From sequence record DRR723986_3020: a DNA stretch of 38,254 nt; one strand, 5' to 3'. Under the pieces are notes generated by a model. That model was given only the letters and a program-made list of their open reading frames with translations, did no database searches and was not told the origin of the DNA. Shown in pieces: positions 30,248 to 38,205 of this stretch. Numbering within the stretch: position 1 is the stretch's first letter; every line of letters starts with the position of its first letter. Made by a program: the position numbers and the translations under genes.

Positions 30248-31033
30248 ATGCGTGGTCCGCTCGCCCTGCCGCAGGTCAATGCCGCCTCGTTTGGGCGTGC
30301 GCTGGTCGACCCGCAAATGGCAACGCCCGATGGACTGACCGGTCCGGATGGAGAAACGGCGCCGAAGCGATTCAATGTCTACCGCAACAACGTCATCGTC
30401 AGCCTGTGCGAAGCGCTCGGTGAAAGCTTTCCTGCTGTGAAGGCGCTGTTGGGGGAAGAGTATTTCAGGGCGCTTGCCCAGGCCTTCGTGACAGCTCATC
30501 CGCCGGTGTCGCCTGTGTTGATCTGGTACGGCGCCGGTTTCACCGATTTCCTGGACGCGTTTCCGCCGCTCAATGCATATCCGTATCTCGGCGATGTTGC
30601 CCGGCTGGAATGGTCTTGGCTCCAAGCCTATCATGCTGCGGATGCCGCGCCCCTCGATCCGGCAATCCTGGGCAGCATCGATCCGCAAAGACTCGGGGGC
30701 GTTCGCTTCGTACCGCATCCGGCGGCGCACGTCGTAACATCTGCCTGGCCGATCTGGGCGATTGCGCGAGCCAACAGGTTTGAACCCGATGAGGCTGAAG
30801 CTGTCGATCTTGACGAGCCGCAATCGGTAATGATTACCCGGCCGGACATGGAGGTGGATGTCTATCTGCTGCGTCCGGGCGGGGCTGTTTTCACGATGGA
30901 TCTCCTGCAAGGGCAGACGCTTGCAGCGGCGGCAAGCCGGGCTCAGGAGGACGACGACGGTTTTGCCTTGTCCGATTGCCTTTCGGACTGTCTCGCAGCT
31001 GGTGCATTTTCCGCCCTGCAACTGGATGACTAA
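30248..31033 (+). CDS. bufC: DUF2063-family MNIO partner protein
   Basis: RFNVYRNNV, FPAVKALLGEEYF, YLGDVARLEW, AYHAADA; ATG 1 bp after the bufB stop. Confidence 0.9.
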   Translation: MRGPLALPQVNAASFGRALVDPQMATPDGLTGPDGETAPKRFNVYRNNVIVSLCEALGESFPAVKALLGEEYFRALAQAFVTAHPPVSPVLIWYGAGFTDFLDAFPPLNAYPYLGDVARLEWSWLQAYHAADAAPLDPAILGSIDPQRLGGVRFVPHPAAHVVTSAWPIWAIARANRFEPDEAEAVDLDEPQSVMITRPDMEVDVYLLRPGGAVFTMDLLQGQTLAAAASRAQEDDDGFALSDCLSDCLAAGAFSALQLDD

Positions 31034-31076
31034 CACGCATGCGGCAAATGGATGCCGCTTGATCATGGGGGATTAG

Positions 31077-31661
31077 ATGGGTGTGCTTATTGGGTTTTTT
31101 GTCAGGCTCTACACGATGGTGTTCGGAGCTCTGGAACGGCTGACAAATGGCTGGTTCATCGGGCTTGCTGCCCGGTTCATTTTTGCCGCGATCCTGCTGC
31201 AGTTCTTCCTGAACTCGGCGATGACGAAAATCGGCGGCAACATCATGAACATCTTCACGCCAACCGCAGGTGCCTATGCGCAGATGCTGCCCAAGATGAT
31301 GGAACAGGTCAGCTACGACACCAGCCAGATTGCGTTCTTCCCGTATGGTCTCATGGTGCTTCTGGGCACCTGGGGTGAATTTGTCCTGCCGGTGATGGTG
31401 GTTGTCGGTCTATTCACCCGCTTCGCCAGCCTCGGCATGATCGTCTTCATCTGCGTCATGACCTATGTCGACATCTATGGTCATGGGGCTGACGCAAAGA
31501 CGATCGGGGCACTGTTCGACGGTGAACCCTATGCGATCATCGCCGATGACCGGTTGCTCTGGATCTTCCTGTTGCTGGTTCCGGTGCTTAAGGGGCCGGG
31601 TGTCGTCTCGCTGGACTGGCTGCTCGGCCGGTCCTATCGCAAGCGCGAAATGTACTACTGA
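31077..31661 (+). CDS. bufD: DoxX-family membrane protein
   Basis: FFLNSAMTK, GEFVLPVMVVVGLFTRFASLG, GPGVVSLD. Confidence 0.9.
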   Translation: MGVLIGFFVRLYTMVFGALERLTNGWFIGLAARFIFAAILLQFFLNSAMTKIGGNIMNIFTPTAGAYAQMLPKMMEQVSYDTSQIAFFPYGLMVLLGTWGEFVLPVMVVVGLFTRFASLGMIVFICVMTYVDIYGHGADAKTIGALFDGEPYAIIADDRLLWIFLLLVPVLKGPGVVSLDWLLGRSYRKREMYY

Positions 31662-31704
31662 AAAATCGGTTGCCGGTTGTGATGCCAAGTGATTAAACCG
31701 GCAC

Positions 31705-32763
31705 ATGAATTTTGCCAGTGACAATTGGGCGGGTGCGGCTCCGGCGGTGATGTCGGCGCTGGCCCGCCATAATGACGGGTTCTCGCCGGCCTACGGCACC
31801 GACCCGTTGACCGATTCCGTCTCCGCCACGTTCAACGAGATCTTCGAACGCGAGGTTGCCGTCTTCTTCGTGGCGACCGGTTCAGCGGCGAATTCTTTGG
31901 CGCTGGCTTCCTGTGCCAAGCCGGGCGGGGCGATCTTCTGCCATTCCGGTGCGCATATTCAGGTTGATGAATGCAATTGCCCCGAGTTCATGACCGGCGG
32001 CAACAAGCTGTTGAGCGTGAAGGGACCAAACGGCCGGTTCTCCGCCGATGCCCTTCGCGAAAAGATGGCACAGGTTCCTGACGGTGTTGTCCACCATGGT
32101 CAGGTCGCATCCGTTTCCATCAGCCAGGCAACCGAATGCGGCACTGTCTATACTCTGGATGAAATAGGCGCGATCAAGGATGTCTGCCGGTCCCGTTCGG
32201 TGCCGCTTCACATGGACGGCGCACGATTTGCCAATGCGCTTGTGACGCTCGGCTGTTCGGCGGCCGACATGACATGGAAAGCGGGTGTGGACCTGCTTTC
32301 CTTCGGAGCCACCAAAAACGGCTGCTGGTGCGCGGAGGCCGTGGTTTTCTTTGATCTGGACGCCGCAAAATCCTTTGAGTATTTCCGCAAGCGCGGCGGT
32401 CACCTTTTTTCCAAGAGCCGCTTCGTGGCAGCCCAGTTCGAAGGCTATTTCCAGGATGACACCTGGCTGACGACCGCAAGCCACGCCAACGGCATGGCGA
32501 CCCGTCTTGCTGAAGGCATTAGGCAGGCCGGAGGGCGTACTGCCTGGGCGGTGGAAGCCAACGAACTGTTCCCGATCCTGAAACGCAGCCAGATGGAAGC
32601 GCTTCAGGCGGCCGGTGCCAAGCTCTATGAATGGCCGGCAGAGGGCCTCGCCGAAGGCCACGCCCCGGCGTCGGACGAAGTCTGTGTACGTCTCGTCACC
32701 AGTTTCGCAACGACGGATGAAGACGTCGATGCGTTTCTGAAAGTGCTGTCCGGGACGGTCTGA
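31705..32763 (+). CDS. ltaE: Low-specificity L-threonine aldolase (PLP-dependent)
   Basis: MNFASDN, TGSAANSLAL, TECGTVY, HMDGARFANA, SFGATKNG, RLVTSF. Confidence 0.92.
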   Translation: MNFASDNWAGAAPAVMSALARHNDGFSPAYGTDPLTDSVSATFNEIFEREVAVFFVATGSAANSLALASCAKPGGAIFCHSGAHIQVDECNCPEFMTGGNKLLSVKGPNGRFSADALREKMAQVPDGVVHHGQVASVSISQATECGTVYTLDEIGAIKDVCRSRSVPLHMDGARFANALVTLGCSAADMTWKAGVDLLSFGATKNGCWCAEAVVFFDLDAAKSFEYFRKRGGHLFSKSRFVAAQFEGYFQDDTWLTTASHANGMATRLAEGIRQAGGRTAWAVEANELFPILKRSQMEALQAAGAKLYEWPAEGLAEGHAPASDEVCVRLVTSFATTDEDVDAFLKVLSGTV

Positions 32764-32810
32764 GGGCCGCCTCTCGCGCGGCGAGATGTCTCGTGACGCG
32801 CAGGAACATC

Positions 32811-32838
32811 AAAAAAGGCGCCTGGTTTCCCAGGCGCC
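32811..32838 (-). terminator. Intrinsic terminator of ibpA
   Basis: Minus strand GGCGCCTGG-GAAA-CCAGGCGCC-TTTTTT. Confidence 0.85.
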
Positions 32839-32872
32839 CCGATGATGCGATTGCCGCAGTTGAACCAGGCGG

Positions 32873-33319
32873 TTAGTGAGCCGTGGTTTCGATCTGCTTG
32901 GTTTCACCACTGGTGATTTCGATCTTGCGCGGCTTCATGGCTTCCGGGATTTCCCGGACAAGATCAACGTGCAGCAAGCCGTTTTCGAGGCTTGCCCCTT
33001 CCACGCGAACATGTTCGGCAATCTGGAAGCGGCGTTCAAAGGTGCGCGAGGCAATACCGCGGTAAAGAATTTCCCGGCTGGCATCTTCTTCAGCTTTTTC
33101 ACCCTTGATGGTGAGTGTGTGCTCCTTGGCTTCGACGCTCAGTTCGTCGTCGGAGAAGCCTGCCACGGCCATCGTGATGCGGTAGGCGTTTTCGCCCGTA
33201 CGCTCGATGTTATAGGGCGGATAGCTCGGCGCTTCGTTGCCGGCGGCATCGAGCATCGAGAAAAGCCGGTCGAAACCGACGGTGGAGCGGTAAAGCGGAG
33301 AAAAGTCGAAGTGACGCAT
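32873..33319 (-). CDS. ibpA: Small heat-shock protein, IbpA/Hsp20 family
   Basis: MRHFDFSPLYRSTVGFDRL, YPPYNIE, AVAGF, LYRGIA, LENGLL, PEAMKPRKIEI. Confidence 0.97.
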   Translation of the reverse strand: MRHFDFSPLYRSTVGFDRLFSMLDAAGNEAPSYPPYNIERTGENAYRITMAVAGFSDDELSVEAKEHTLTIKGEKAEEDASREILYRGIASRTFERRFQIAEHVRVEGASLENGLLHVDLVREIPEAMKPRKIEITSGETKQIETTAH

Positions 33320-33425
33320 GTGTCTGTCCTCTCTTGAGCAACTGATACTTCACTGATGTTGAGCAGTCCTTCGTCCCCCGGATTGGCGGGACAGGCTGCG
33401 GTGCAAACCCGGTCTGGCGCTTGCA
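33317..33425 (-). promoter_or_regulatory. ROSE-like RNA thermometer in the ibpA 5' UTR
   Basis: Minus strand GUUGCUC-AAGA-GAGGAC (33342-33326): UUGCU pairs with the Shine-Dalgarno leaving a bulged G, the ROSE hallmark. 5' boundary inferred from the promoter. Confidence 0.8.
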
Positions 33426-33430
33426 TGAAG

Positions 33431-33460
33431 AGATTTGGTAATTCGGATTTTCATTTCAAG
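33431..33460 (-). promoter_or_regulatory. RpoH (sigma32)-type promoter of ibpA
   Basis: Minus strand CTTGAA-N16-CCAAATCT. Confidence 0.75.
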
Positions 33461-33593
33461 AGGCGGAAAATGCGGGGCGTCGTGGAAACATGAACGCCAC
33501 ATGAACAGTGCCTTCCGGTTGCGTTCAAGTGGCCCGGTGCATCTTCAATCCAACGTCAGCACGGCGCTGGCGGAACAAAATGGAGATTTGAAG

Positions 33594-34013
33594 ATGTTTG
33601 CCAATGTTTCGAAATTGTCCGCCCCGATCGCCGGTGCCATTCTGCTGGTGTCCGCAGGTTTCATCACCACCGCATCCGCTGCTCCGCTGGTCGGAAAGAC
33701 CCAGATCGAACCGGCGAAAGCCGAGCAGGTGGTTAAGGTCGATCATCGCCGTGGTAACGGGCGTGGCGGCAACTGGGATGGCCGTCATGGCGGTCGGAAC
33801 TTCGAAATGGGTCCGCGCCAGATCCGCCGCAGCCTGCGTCACCGCGGTTTCGACCATATCAAGATCCTCGACCGCCGTGGCCCGATGTACATCGTCCGGG
33901 CAAAAGGCTGGCGTGGCATGCCGGTTCGGCTGGTCGTCGATTCCCGCAATGCCAACATTGTCCGCAGCCATCCGATCGGTAACCGTGGTCACTGGCAGCG
34001 CCGCTGGTACTAA
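33594..34013 (+). CDS. Small secreted Arg/Gly-rich hypothetical protein with a PepSY-like C-terminal segment
   Basis: GGAG RBS, signal peptide ending ASA, GRGGNWDGRHGG linker, IRRSLRHRGF..YIVRA..RLVVDSRNANIV pattern. Confidence 0.75.
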   Translation: MFANVSKLSAPIAGAILLVSAGFITTASAAPLVGKTQIEPAKAEQVVKVDHRRGNGRGGNWDGRHGGRNFEMGPRQIRRSLRHRGFDHIKILDRRGPMYIVRAKGWRGMPVRLVVDSRNANIVRSHPIGNRGHWQRRWY

Positions 34014-34038
34014 GCAGCAGCTACAAGCTGTCTGACAC

Positions 34039-34072
34039 TTTCAGGGCCGGCTTCCCAGGGAGCCGGCCTGAA
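34039..34072 (+). terminator. Strong hairpin after the secreted-protein gene
   Basis: TTCAG-GGCCGGCTTCC-CA-GGGAGCCGGCC-TGAA inverted repeat; U-tract weak. Confidence 0.5.
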
Positions 34073-34228
34073 GCTTGTTGTGAGGGGCGCCTGGCACGAG
34101 TATCACTTGATGATGCAAGACAAAGCCGGAGGGTGCCGGCAGGATCTGCAGGCGTGACGAGTTGTTGACGAAAAACCATTATCTGTTTGAAAAATAAACT
34201 CTCAACGAACCCGAGTGATTCGCAGCGC

Positions 34229-35302
34229 ATGACCTTGATCGACCATCCCGACAATCCGGTGCCTGAAGGGGCGCGATCCGGGTTCGTCACGACACCGGAC
34301 GACAAGAAGATCCGGTATGCGCATTGGCCCGCCGCCGGTGCCCGGCGCAAGGGTACCGTGACGCTGCTTCAGGGGCGGGCGGAGTTCATCGAGAAATACT
34401 TCGAAGTGATCGAGGATCTGCGTCAGCGGGGCTTTGCCGTCATCGCCTTCGACTGGCGCGGGCAGGGCGGGTCGCAACGCCTGACCCGCAACCCCAGACG
34501 CGGGCACGTTTCAAACTTCAACAAGTACAAGCTGGATTTGCGCACCGTCCTGAAGGAAGTCTCACTGGCGACCTACCCCGGGCCTCACTTTGCGCTTGCC
34601 CACTCTACCGGAGCGCTCGTTGTCCTGTCCGATACGGACCGTCTGCGGACGATGCTGGACCGCGCAGTGCTGACAGCGCCGCTGCTGGGCCTGCCGACGG
34701 GAACATGGTCTCCCGGTCTGGTGTCCGGGTTCCGGTCGATCCTGCGCAAGCTCACTCTGGGGCTGTTTGGCCGCCCGGGCCTGAAGGCAACCTCTCCAAA
34801 GACGTCCTGGCTGATCGAAAAGGTTGCTATTCCGGTTGCCCGCCTGTTGTCGATGTTCGGACTTGGCAGGTTGTTTGTGCCCGGGGGCAACGCTGAAATT
34901 TCCGTTGCCTACGAAAACAACCGGCAAACGACGGACAAGGCGCGGTTCGAGCGGTTCAACAAGGTGCTGGAACAGGCTCCGGAGCTGGGTGTCGGGTCTC
35001 CCACTCTCGGTTGGCTTGGTGCGACCGGTCGCGCCATGCTGGCGCTGCGCCGGCGGGAGGCCGGGCCGAATATCAAATTACCCTGTCTGGTGCTGGCTGC
35101 GGGCAACGACCGGATCGTTTCCACACCCATGATCGAGGACTTCGTGGCGCGGGCGAAGGCGGCTGCCTATGTGGAAATCGCGGGCGCAGAGCATGAGCTG
35201 ATGATGGAGCGCGATGCCTTCCGCGACCAGTTCTGGGCGGCGTTCGATGCCTTTGTGCCCGGCCTTGAAGCCGAACAGGCGCTGGAACGGGCTGGAAGCT
35301 GA
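34229..35302 (+). CDS. Alpha/beta hydrolase, lysophospholipase L2 (PldB)-like
   Basis: GRAEFIEKYFE, FDWRGQGGS, AHSTG nucleophile elbow, DRIV, AEHELMME. Confidence 0.88.
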   Translation: MTLIDHPDNPVPEGARSGFVTTPDDKKIRYAHWPAAGARRKGTVTLLQGRAEFIEKYFEVIEDLRQRGFAVIAFDWRGQGGSQRLTRNPRRGHVSNFNKYKLDLRTVLKEVSLATYPGPHFALAHSTGALVVLSDTDRLRTMLDRAVLTAPLLGLPTGTWSPGLVSGFRSILRKLTLGLFGRPGLKATSPKTSWLIEKVAIPVARLLSMFGLGRLFVPGGNAEISVAYENNRQTTDKARFERFNKVLEQAPELGVGSPTLGWLGATGRAMLALRRREAGPNIKLPCLVLAAGNDRIVSTPMIEDFVARAKAAAYVEIAGAEHELMMERDAFRDQFWAAFDAFVPGLEAEQALERAGS

Positions 35303-35332
35303 TCCCGCGCCCTGATGTGGCCGTGTGGCCGG

Positions 35333-36136
35333 TCAGGCTGCCTTTGCGAGGTCCCGCAGGAGGATTTCATGCAGACGCGGGTCGCCTGACGCAACGATCT
35401 GGCCGCCGTCGGCCGGAGAGCCGCCGGTCCACGTCGTGACAACACCACCTGCGCCTTCAATAATCGGCACAAGTGCAACAATATCATAGGCTTGCAGACC
35501 GGATTCGATTACCGCGTCGCCGTGGCCGGCTGCGACCATGCAGTAGGCATAGCAGTCTGTGCCATAGCGGGATAACTGAACGGCCGCTTCGATCTGGTCG
35601 AACGCCTGGCGTTCGCCATCCTTGAAAAGTGCCGGTGTGGTGGTGAAAATAGTGGCATCTTCCAGCTTCTGACAGGGCCGGGTTTTGAGCTGCCTGGCAC
35701 CCAGAGGCCCATCGTACCAGGCCGTCTTGCCGTCGCCACCGAACCGTTCGCCGATATAGGGCTGAACCATCATGCCGAGGCTCGGAACACCATTGGTCCG
35801 CAGGCCGATCAGCGTCCCCCAGGTGGGCAGGCCGGTGATGAAGGCACGGGTACCGTCAATCGGGTCCAGCACCCACACATGTTCAGCGTCGAGATTTTCC
35901 GGGCCGTGTTCTTCGCCAAGGATTCCGTGGTCCGGATAGGTCTCGTTGATCAGGGCGCGCATCGCCGTTTCACCGTTCTTGTCGGCGATGGTGACCGGGT
36001 CGAAGCCGGCTTTCCACTTGTTGTCGATTGCAAAACCCTGGCGGAAATGCGGCATGATCGCACCGCTGGCTGCTTCCGCCAGCCTGTCCAGAAACGGGGC
36101 AAACAAATTGGAACTGGAAACAGGCCCTGCCGACAT
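35333..36136 (-). CDS. hisN: Histidinol-phosphate phosphatase (inositol monophosphatase family)
   Basis: FDPVTIAD, GILGEE, WVLDPIDGTRAFITG.PTWGTLIG, YGTDCYAY, YDIVAL; RBS GGAGGT. Confidence 0.85.
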   Translation of the reverse strand: MSAGPVSSSNLFAPFLDRLAEAASGAIMPHFRQGFAIDNKWKAGFDPVTIADKNGETAMRALINETYPDHGILGEEHGPENLDAEHVWVLDPIDGTRAFITGLPTWGTLIGLRTNGVPSLGMMVQPYIGERFGGDGKTAWYDGPLGARQLKTRPCQKLEDATIFTTTPALFKDGERQAFDQIEAAVQLSRYGTDCYAYCMVAAGHGDAVIESGLQAYDIVALVPIIEGAGGVVTTWTGGSPADGGQIVASGDPRLHEILLRDLAKAA

Positions 36137-36237
36137 CATTACCTCCTGGCTGCGGAAACCGCTCAAAACCCAAATCAACGTGAATTGCCGCTTGTATAAC
36201 CGGTTCTGCAAAAAAATGAATCTGCAAAACCTGAATG

Positions 36238-36307
36238 ACTGCTCATACTTTGATCAGTTTCAAAGGGCTGTCGGGCTTGACCTTTGTGCGGTGCAATGCG
36301 ATTTTAT
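36238..36307 (+). promoter_or_regulatory. Promoter region of the MmgR-like sRNA
   Basis: -35 TTGACC at 36277; TGCGGTGCA (PhaR/AniA-like TGC-N3-GCA) in the spacer; ACTGCTCA-N5-TGATCAGT near-palindrome at 36238-36258 (NtrC-like spacing). Confidence 0.55.
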
Positions 36308-36310
36308 TGC

Positions 36311-36395
36311 GGTGCGATACGTTGTGTCGTACCGCCCTCCTTGGGCGTTTCCTCCCTAGACTCGGGCCGCCTCTTTTGAGAGCGGCCTTTTTTTT
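36311..36395 (+). ncRNA. mmgR: suhB/alpha-r8 family small RNA (MmgR-like)
   Basis: 5' hairpin, core GCCCTCCTTGGGCGTTTCCTCCCTAGACT, terminator GGCCGC...GCGGCC-T8; lies between hisN and N-formylglutamate amidohydrolase, the known family context. 5' end inferred. Confidence 0.85.
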
Positions 36396-36406
36396 GGTCC
36401 GGGGTT

Positions 36407-37327
36407 TTATTCCGCTGCGATGGAGTCCGCCGGCAAGGCTGCATCCGGCATGGAGGTCAGTTCGCGGGCAAACTGGCAAAGGTTGTGGAAGAGATCGCCG
36501 AAGCCGGGGGTCGGCTGGTGGGTTGCCTCGTCCATATAGAGCCCGCGATTGATTTCGATCTGCAGGGCATGCAGACCGCTTGTGGGGCGGCCGTAGTGTT
36601 CGGTGATGAAACCGCCCGCATACGGTTTGTTGCGCGAGACGGTGTAGCCCATCTCCTTCAGCACCGAGCAGGCGAACTCCGTCAGGTCGTTGCTGCAGCT
36701 GGTGCCATAGCGGTCACCCAGGATGAAATCCGGCCGCGTGTCGGTGGTCTGGCATTTCACGCTTGAAGGCATGGAATGACAATCGATCAGCACGGCGTAG
36801 CCGAAGGTGACATGGGTCTGGGCCAGAAGCCGGCGCAATGTCGTGTGGTAAGGCTTGTAGATCTCCTCTACCCGGCTGAGGGCTTCGGATACCGGCAGCT
36901 TGTGCCTGTAGATCTCGTGGTTCTCGCTGACGATGCGCGCCACGGTGCCAAGCCCGCCGGCCACGCGGATCGAACGGCTGTTGGCATAGGTCGGCAGACG
37001 CCCGTCGAACATCTTCGGGTCGAGCTCATAGGGCTCGCGGTTCACATCAAGGTAGGCCCTGGGGAAATGCGCACGCAGGAGCGGCGCGCCGAGCGGCACG
37101 ACATGGGCAAACAGATCGTCGACATAAGCATCCTCCGACCGCCGGATGGCTGTTTCGTCCAGGCGGGAAGACGCTAGAAAGCTTTTGGAATATTGCCTGC
37201 CGGAATGGGGCGAATTGAAAACGAACGGAACCCTTTGGTCCGCAGGACACAAAACTTCAAACGCTGGGAAGCCGTTAAAGTCCGCCTCGAAAGAGGCTTG
37301 TGGAGAAGGCTGCTTGTCGTCCGTCAA
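36407..37327 (-). CDS. N-formylglutamate amidohydrolase family protein
   Basis: NSPHSG, RRSEDAYVD, RAYLDVNREP, GLGTVAR, IDCHSMPS, LGDRYG, NKPYAGGFIT, LQIEINR. TTG 37327 after AGGA preferred to the ORF start at 37591. Confidence 0.92.
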   Translation of the reverse strand: MTDDKQPSPQASFEADFNGFPAFEVLCPADQRVPFVFNSPHSGRQYSKSFLASSRLDETAIRRSEDAYVDDLFAHVVPLGAPLLRAHFPRAYLDVNREPYELDPKMFDGRLPTYANSRSIRVAGGLGTVARIVSENHEIYRHKLPVSEALSRVEEIYKPYHTTLRRLLAQTHVTFGYAVLIDCHSMPSSVKCQTTDTRPDFILGDRYGTSCSNDLTEFACSVLKEMGYTVSRNKPYAGGFITEHYGRPTSGLHALQIEINRGLYMDEATHQPTPGFGDLFHNLCQFARELTSMPDAALPADSIAAE

Positions 37328-37696
37328 TGGTGTGTCCTGGTTGCCGCCCGGTGCAGGCCATGGCCCATGGTGCCAAGGAATCGCGGCGCAGTCCACCTTG
37401 GTGGGATCAAAAGCCCCGCGGCTGTGGGGAAACATCCGGTGATCGAGGGCAGGAATGGCCAGATGCCACGAATGCCATAGCAGTACCAATGGCCCGGGAA
37501 TGCATACGCCACGACGATTTTCCCCAACGTGAGAAGCCGACAGGTTCTCACGAGGCAAGTGATGGTTCGTTCTCAACAAGAGCCTATCCACACCGTGGGG
37601 TCGTGATCCAATTCACCCTATCATTCTGTGGAATTCGAGCTATAACCGGCAGAAAGGGAACCGAACCCACACGAACAAAGGACCTGGTCAATTACG

Positions 37697-38056
37697 ATGC
37701 CGCGTATCCTGCTTGCCGAAGATGATAATGACATGCGCCGCTTTCTGGCGAAGGCGCTGGAAAATGCCGGTCATGACGTCGTTTCGTTCGATAACGGCAG
37801 AAGCGCCTACGAGCGCCTGCGCGAGGAACCGTTTTCTCTGCTTCTGACGGATATCGTGATGCCGGAGATGGACGGGATCGAGCTGGCGCGCCGGGCTACG
37901 GAACTCGATCCGGATCTGAAGGTGATGTTCATTACCGGTTTTGCCGCCGTTGCCCTCAATCCGGAATCGGATGCTCCCAAGGACGCCAAGGTTCTTTCCA
38001 AGCCATTCCATCTTAAAGATCTTGTCCAGGAAGTGGAGCGCATGCTGGCCGCCTGA
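37697..38056 (+). CDS. cpdR: Single-domain response regulator CpdR
   Basis: ILLAEDDNDMRRFL, LLTDIVMPEMDGIELARRA, FITGFAAVAL, VLSKPFHL. Confidence 0.95.
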   Translation: MPRILLAEDDNDMRRFLAKALENAGHDVVSFDNGRSAYERLREEPFSLLLTDIVMPEMDGIELARRATELDPDLKVMFITGFAAVALNPESDAPKDAKVLSKPFHLKDLVQEVERMLAA

Positions 38057-38133
38057 CAAGGTGTTGACGCGGCGGAAAACAGGGGTTGCGAACCGGGCTG
38101 GGGAAATTTTGACAGTTCGGTGAAAAAGGGGGG

Positions 38134-38162
38134 TTGCACAGTTTGCGGATCCCCGTTATATC
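38134..38162 (+). promoter_or_regulatory. Candidate sigma70 promoter of tRNA-Val
   Basis: TTGCAC-N17-TATATC preceded by an A/G tract. Confidence 0.55.
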
Positions 38163-38205
38163 GCACTCCACCACGGCGCTGGGGCGTCGGACTACCGAGA
38201 AATTC

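Noticed and set aside
37328-37591. 88-codon N-terminal extension of the amidohydrolase (similar extensions in gltB, the SBP, LivF and the PaaK-like ORF)
   Set aside because: Better RBS-supported downstream starts exist; the extensions look like ORF-caller artefacts.
37590-37696. CtrA box upstream of cpdR
   Set aside because: Only a weak TTCACC half-site is visible, with no TTAA-N7-TTAAC match.
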